DNA of 35,379 nucleotides, from contig PCSU01000039.1 of the NCBI GenBank assembly GCA_002771355.1, positions 1 through 35,379 on the forward strand. Reading direction: 5' to 3'. Positions within the stretch are counted from its first letter, which is position 1, and the number at the start of each line of letters is the position of its first letter. This DNA is from a candidate division WWE3 bacterium CG22_combo_CG10-13_8_21_14_all_39_12. GTDB lineage: Bacteria > Patescibacteriota > 4484-211 > GCA-002791395. Below, piece by piece: positions 32,098-35,379 of this stretch. The notes below the pieces were generated by a model. The model ran no database searches and was not told where the DNA came from. It was given only the letters and a program-made list of their open reading frames with translations. The position numbers and the translations under genes were made by a program.

Positions 32098-33250
32098 TAT
32101 TTTTGCTCCTTATACTTAGTCCTATCATAAATGCCCCAATTACCATAATTACACACGCAAAAAAAATAAAACCGATTTGATACGTAGAGACCTGCGAAAC
32201 TGCACCAAACAATACATAAACGATAATAACGCCGACCTCCGTCAGAAACCCATTTATTGAAGAGACGGTTGCACGAGTAGCTGATTCAATTATATCTTGT
32301 AATTTCCCTTCAAACACAATCTGCACAATCGTAAAAAGAAACCCAAAAATAACAAGAAAAATAAGTACCCACATTTCAAATATATATGCAGCACAAAAAA
32401 GAAAAATCCCGTTAAGAGTAAATAGCGCATAAAAAAACATGTTAGACCTCTGACTAAATTTGTATGCAACATAACTCGCACATGCTTGTACACCGCTTAT
32501 AATTGCCAATAATATTCCCAGCCCAGTATCCGGCAAATGTACTTCATGGGCAAATATAGGCCAATATTCATCAAGAGCACCTCCAAGAGAGAGTACAAAT
32601 GCAAGGAACATTACTATCTTTAAAATCACTTTATTGTTGGTAATGTTTTTCACACCTTCTTTCAATAAGCTGAAATATTCCTTTTCGTGAGTTGATTGAA
32701 TAATGGGAACCTGCGGCAACTGCAAGACAGCAAATCCTGAAACCACCACAGAAAAACAACTCAATAGCAATACCACTTGATACCCATAATGGATCGCAAA
32801 CGATGCACCTAGAGATGCACACACAATCGCAATAAATGATAATGTTTTGGCGCGTCCATATACTTTTGTGAACTGTTGTTCCTGTTTCAAACGAATAAGT
32901 TCATCGTAAATGAGTGCCTGAAACGTACCAGACGTCAGTGCACTTTTTATACCCCACAAGACAAACCCTGCTGCAAAGCCCCAAAACGTAGGGTACAATA
33001 ACCATATTGCATACCCTACTACGCGGATTAGCTGTCCTAAAAATAGGATGTTTTTTCTTGAATACATATCAGCCCACACACCCGAGGGAACTTCGAATAA
33101 TAATGAAGTCACGGACCAGACACCCAACAATACCCCCACTTGCCATGGCTGCATCGAAAAATCAGTGAACATAACAGCATACAGTGGATAAATTAATACA
33201 AAGTCGTCAAAAAACTTGTACGCATAAATCTTCCATAGGAAATCTTTCAT
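32090..33250 (-). CDS. MFS transporter
   Basis: 386 aa with about 12 TM helices and an MFS motif-A-like loop (GVWADMYSRKNILFLG). The stop overlaps the recX start by 8 nt. Confidence 0.75.
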   Translation of the reverse strand: MKDFLWKIYAYKFFDDFVLIYPLYAVMFTDFSMQPWQVGVLLGVWSVTSLLFEVPSGVWADMYSRKNILFLGQLIRVVGYAIWLLYPTFWGFAAGFVLWGIKSALTSGTFQALIYDELIRLKQEQQFTKVYGRAKTLSFIAIVCASLGASFAIHYGYQVVLLLSCFSVVVSGFAVLQLPQVPIIQSTHEKEYFSLLKEGVKNITNNKVILKIVMFLAFVLSLGGALDEYWPIFAHEVHLPDTGLGILLAIISGVQACASYVAYKFSQRSNMFFYALFTLNGIFLFCAAYIFEMWVLIFLVIFGFLFTIVQIVFEGKLQDIIESATRATVSSINGFLTEVGVIIVYVLFGAVSQVSTYQIGFIFFACVIMVIGAFMIGLSIRSKNNA

Positions 33251-33256
33251 AAATCA

Positions 33257-33265
33257 ACTATAGCA
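33257..33265 (-). promoter_or_regulatory. extended -10 box TGcTATAGT, 6 nt upstream of the MFS ATG
   Basis: The minus strand reads CTTGCTATAGT-tgattt-ATG. Confidence 0.45.
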
Positions 33266-33391
33266 AGTTTACAATATGCTTTCTGTTTAGCTACTTGTTT
33301 ACAAACTTGCTTGTACGTTACCCCCAGGTAAATAGTCAAAACATTCATGTTGTGAGGTAACAATATAACAGGACCAATAGTAAAACTAGAT

Positions 33392-34498
33392 CTACTTCTT
33401 CTTTTCTTCTTTTTCGGTTTCGACAGGAACCTCTTCAATAGGAGCAGTTGAATCCACAGGTTTATCTTCCACGTCTTCCTCAGCACCAATAACAAGTGGA
33501 GCTCCTTGTTCCTTCATTTTAAGTAAAATCTCTCGCTCAATCTTAGTTGCAAGTTCTGGCTGTTCATTAAACAATTCCTTTACAGCCTCACGCCCTTGAC
33601 CTAGGCGCTGTTCACCATAGCTAAACCACGATCCAGCTTTTTGTATAACTTCAACATCAACTCCAACATCAAGAATACTTCCAACACGTGAAATGCCTTC
33701 GCCAAACATAATATCAAATTCTGCTATCTTGAATGGAGGTGCAAGTTTATTTTTTACTACTTTAACTCGAACACGGTTCCCTAAATCTTGATCTCCTTGT
33801 TTGATTGAACTAATCCTCCTTATATCCATACGAACACTTGAATAAAACTTAAGCGCATTTCCACCAGTTGTTGTTTCTGGATTTCCAAACATAACACCAA
33901 TCTTCATGCGCAACTGGTTAATGAAAATTATAGTGCAATTAGACCTACTTATTGCTCCGGTAAGTTTTCGCAAAGCCTGACTCATTAACCTGGCCTGCAA
34001 ACCCATATGAGAATCACCCATTTCACCTTCAATTTCAGCACGTGGAACTAGAGCGGCAACTGAGTCAACAACAATAATATCTACCCCACCTGACCGTACA
34101 AGTGTTTCAGCAATCTCTAATGCTTGCTCACCGGTATCTGGCTGGGAAACTAATAGATCGTCTAAGTTAACTCCAATGTGCCCTGCGTATACAGGATCAA
34201 GAGCATGTTCAGCATCAATAAATGCACCAATCCCACCCATTTTCTGCATATTCGCCAAAACATGAAGAGCAAGAGTTGTTTTACCACTAGATTCTGGACC
34301 GAAAATCTCAACAATCCTTCCTTGAGGAACGCCACCAATACCAAGAGCTAAATCTAGGGCAATTGAACCTGTTGGTATAGACTTCATACCCTCTCCGCGT
34401 CCAGCCTCATTGAGTTTCATAATGGAACCCTTACCGAATTGTTTTTCGATTTGGTCCATCGCTAACTTGACTGCTTCTAATCGTTCGCTAGTTGCCAT
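33392..34498 (-). CDS. recA: recombinase RecA
   Basis: 368 aa with Walker [10 protein letters not shown], the L1/L2 regions, and an acidic then lysine-rich C-terminal tail. Confidence 0.97.
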   Translation of the reverse strand: MATSERLEAVKLAMDQIEKQFGKGSIMKLNEAGRGEGMKSIPTGSIALDLALGIGGVPQGRIVEIFGPESSGKTTLALHVLANMQKMGGIGAFIDAEHALDPVYAGHIGVNLDDLLVSQPDTGEQALEIAETLVRSGGVDIIVVDSVAALVPRAEIEGEMGDSHMGLQARLMSQALRKLTGAISRSNCTIIFINQLRMKIGVMFGNPETTTGGNALKFYSSVRMDIRRISSIKQGDQDLGNRVRVKVVKNKLAPPFKIAEFDIMFGEGISRVGSILDVGVDVEVIQKAGSWFSYGEQRLGQGREAVKELFNEQPELATKIEREILLKMKEQGAPLVIGAEEDVEDKPVDSTAPIEEVPVETEKEEKKK

Positions 34499-34507
34499 TG
34501 TTTATAG

Positions 34508-34535
34508 AGTATATCACACACCCATGGAGTGTAAA
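34508..34535 (-). promoter_or_regulatory. promoter TTTACA-16-TATACT, 9 nt upstream of the recA ATG
   Basis: The -35 box is at 34530-34535 and the -10 box is at 34508-34513. No SD precedes the ATG at 34498. Confidence 0.45.
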
Positions 34536-34600
34536 TAGGCAGATATATAATCCCCATTTCGTCGTTTTACCAGTTACAAATTACTAATTATAATCTTTTT

Positions 34601-34759
34601 CTAACCCATCTTTCGTGCGACTTTATCCACGTCATTTCTTATTGCGTCGACATCTCGCTGAATTCTCTCAAGAGTTTCATTGGTCTTTTTTAGCTGTTCG
34701 AGGATTGCAGTCTCAACTCCAGCAGGATCTTGTGTATTTTCTCCAAAATTAAATGCCAT
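34601..34759 (-). CDS. hypothetical 52-aa helical protein (MAFNFGENTQDPAGVETAILEQLKKTNETLERIQRDVDAIRNDVDKVARKMG)
   Basis: Hand-translated and below the track cutoff. The ATG at 34759 is preceded by AAAGGGGTGA at 7-nt spacing. The stop is TAG at 34601-34603. The sequence has a heptad-like charged pattern. Confidence 0.5.
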   Translation of the reverse strand: MAFNFGENTQDPAGVETAILEQLKKTNETLERIQRDVDAIRNDVDKVARKMG

Positions 34760-34799
34760 AATGTAGTCACCCCTTTTCGGAAAATTTTAACTTCATAAA

Positions 34800-35379
34800 T
34801 TATAAATCGTTTCCTGTATATGACAAATTAAAACTTTTATTGATGAGCGGAAAATCTGGTACTACATTGTGGGCTCCCGCATGCCCAACTAGAGGCCAAT
34901 TCACCCATGAGGGGTCTCGTGGCGCAACTCTCCCTATGTTGCCATCATTATCGGTAGTGACAAGATAAAGAATTTCTCCACGCCATCCTTCGACTACACT
35001 TAGAGCAACGGCATTCTTCCTAAATATATTACTGCTCTCAGCACACAAAGGTCCATCAGGTAGTACCTTTAATGCCTGTTCGATGAGTTTGATTGATGCG
35101 CGAACCTCCTTGACACGAACACAAAATCTTGCATGCACATCTCCGCTTTGCTCAGTTTCAATTTCAGTAAACCCTAATTCGTTGTATGCCGCGTAAGGAA
35201 AATCAACTCGCGAATCATTTTTAATGCCAACCGCCTTAGCCACAACTCCTGTTGCACCATAGTCCTCTACGATTTTACGTGACAATTCGCCTGTGCCTTT
35301 GAGACGATTAATAAGCGAAGTACTATTTTCGGCTATGTGAATAACTTCGTTAAAATCTTTCAGTATCCTTCCCAACTCT
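34800..35379 (-). CDS. partial (3' part; 5' end off-window) group-4 [NiFe]-hydrogenase large subunit / NuoD-family protein, lacking the C-terminal CxxC
   Basis: DFPYAAYNELGF, GDVHARFCVRVKEVRASIKLIEQAL and PRDPSWVNWPL match the HycE/EchE/NuoD C-terminal half. The final motif reads DFPLINKSFNLSYTGNDL where hydrogenases have D-x-PLI-x-GS-x-DPCxSCxDR. The reading frame runs to the window edge. Confidence 0.7.
   Translation of the reverse strand, partial: ELGRILKDFNEVIHIAENSTSLINRLKGTGELSRKIVEDYGATGVVAKAVGIKNDSRVDFPYAAYNELGFTEIETEQSGDVHARFCVRVKEVRASIKLIEQALKVLPDGPLCAESSNIFRKNAVALSVVEGWRGEILYLVTTDNDGNIGRVAPRDPSWVNWPLVGHAGAHNVVPDFPLINKSFNLSYTGNDL

Noticed and set aside
33247-33495. 82-aa minus-strand ORF overlapping the recA 3' end
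   Set aside because: It is an out-of-frame overlap with the recA tail and includes the MFS promoter region. The product is Lys/Leu-rich and low in complexity.
1-35379. Search for CRISPR arrays, transposase or integrase genes, toxin-antitoxin pairs or defence islands
   Set aside because: No regularly spaced direct repeats were found. No recognisable recombinase, nuclease or defence motifs appear in any ORF. The only dispersed repeat is the 29-nt hairpin. The gene content is overwhelmingly housekeeping.

Overview
Gene-dense, visibly AT-rich bacterial chromosomal segment. About 38 protein-coding genes lie mostly on the minus strand, and many are joined by 4-8 nt stop/start overlaps. I found no rRNA, tRNA, CRISPR array, transposase or integrase, and no recognisable defence system. 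Contents, left to right: (1) a non-oxidative pentose-phosphate cluster (PfkB kinase, split transketolase, LOG-family protein, rpe, rpiB); (2) a CaCA exchanger and proS; (3) a PulG/GspG-like pilin operon led by a tiny membrane ORF, convergent with a 7-repeat PD40/TolB-like surface protein carrying an LPXTG-like tail; (4) a Nudix hydrolase and two unassignable membrane proteins; (5) secA; (6) a self-contained small zinc-ribbon gene and a DUF2207-type protein; (7) two tandem pilin paralogs followed by PAP2 phosphatase and uppP; (8) serS; (9) lysS with a C-terminal HD-hydrolase module; (10) two tandem greA paralogs; (11) an AI-2E transporter, miaA and HU; (12) ymdB-rny-recX-MFS and recA; (13) the 3' part of a group-4 [NiFe]-hydrogenase/NuoD-like large subunit that has lost its C-terminal metal-binding cysteines. 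The split transketolase, multiple PulG-like pilins, DUF2207 and the reduced housekeeping content fit a Patescibacteria/CPR-like or similarly streamlined organism, but that is inference only. The most striking signals come from the raw sequence. First, -10 boxes (often TGn-extended) sit 6-11 nt from the ATG of 18 unit-leading genes, implying largely leaderless mRNAs, while only four small ORFs have strong Shine-Dalgarno sites. Second, an exact 29-nt hairpin element recurs behind two unrelated genes. Third, there are three unannotated micro-ORFs (24, 45 and 52 aa). Fourth, there are several unusual domain or paralog states: LysRS-HD, a GreA paralog lacking the catalytic Asp, RNase Y without a membrane anchor, and the Cys-less hydrogenase-like subunit. 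I did not find a clear multi-gene novel system. All functional assignments rest on motifs I can read, not on database searches.
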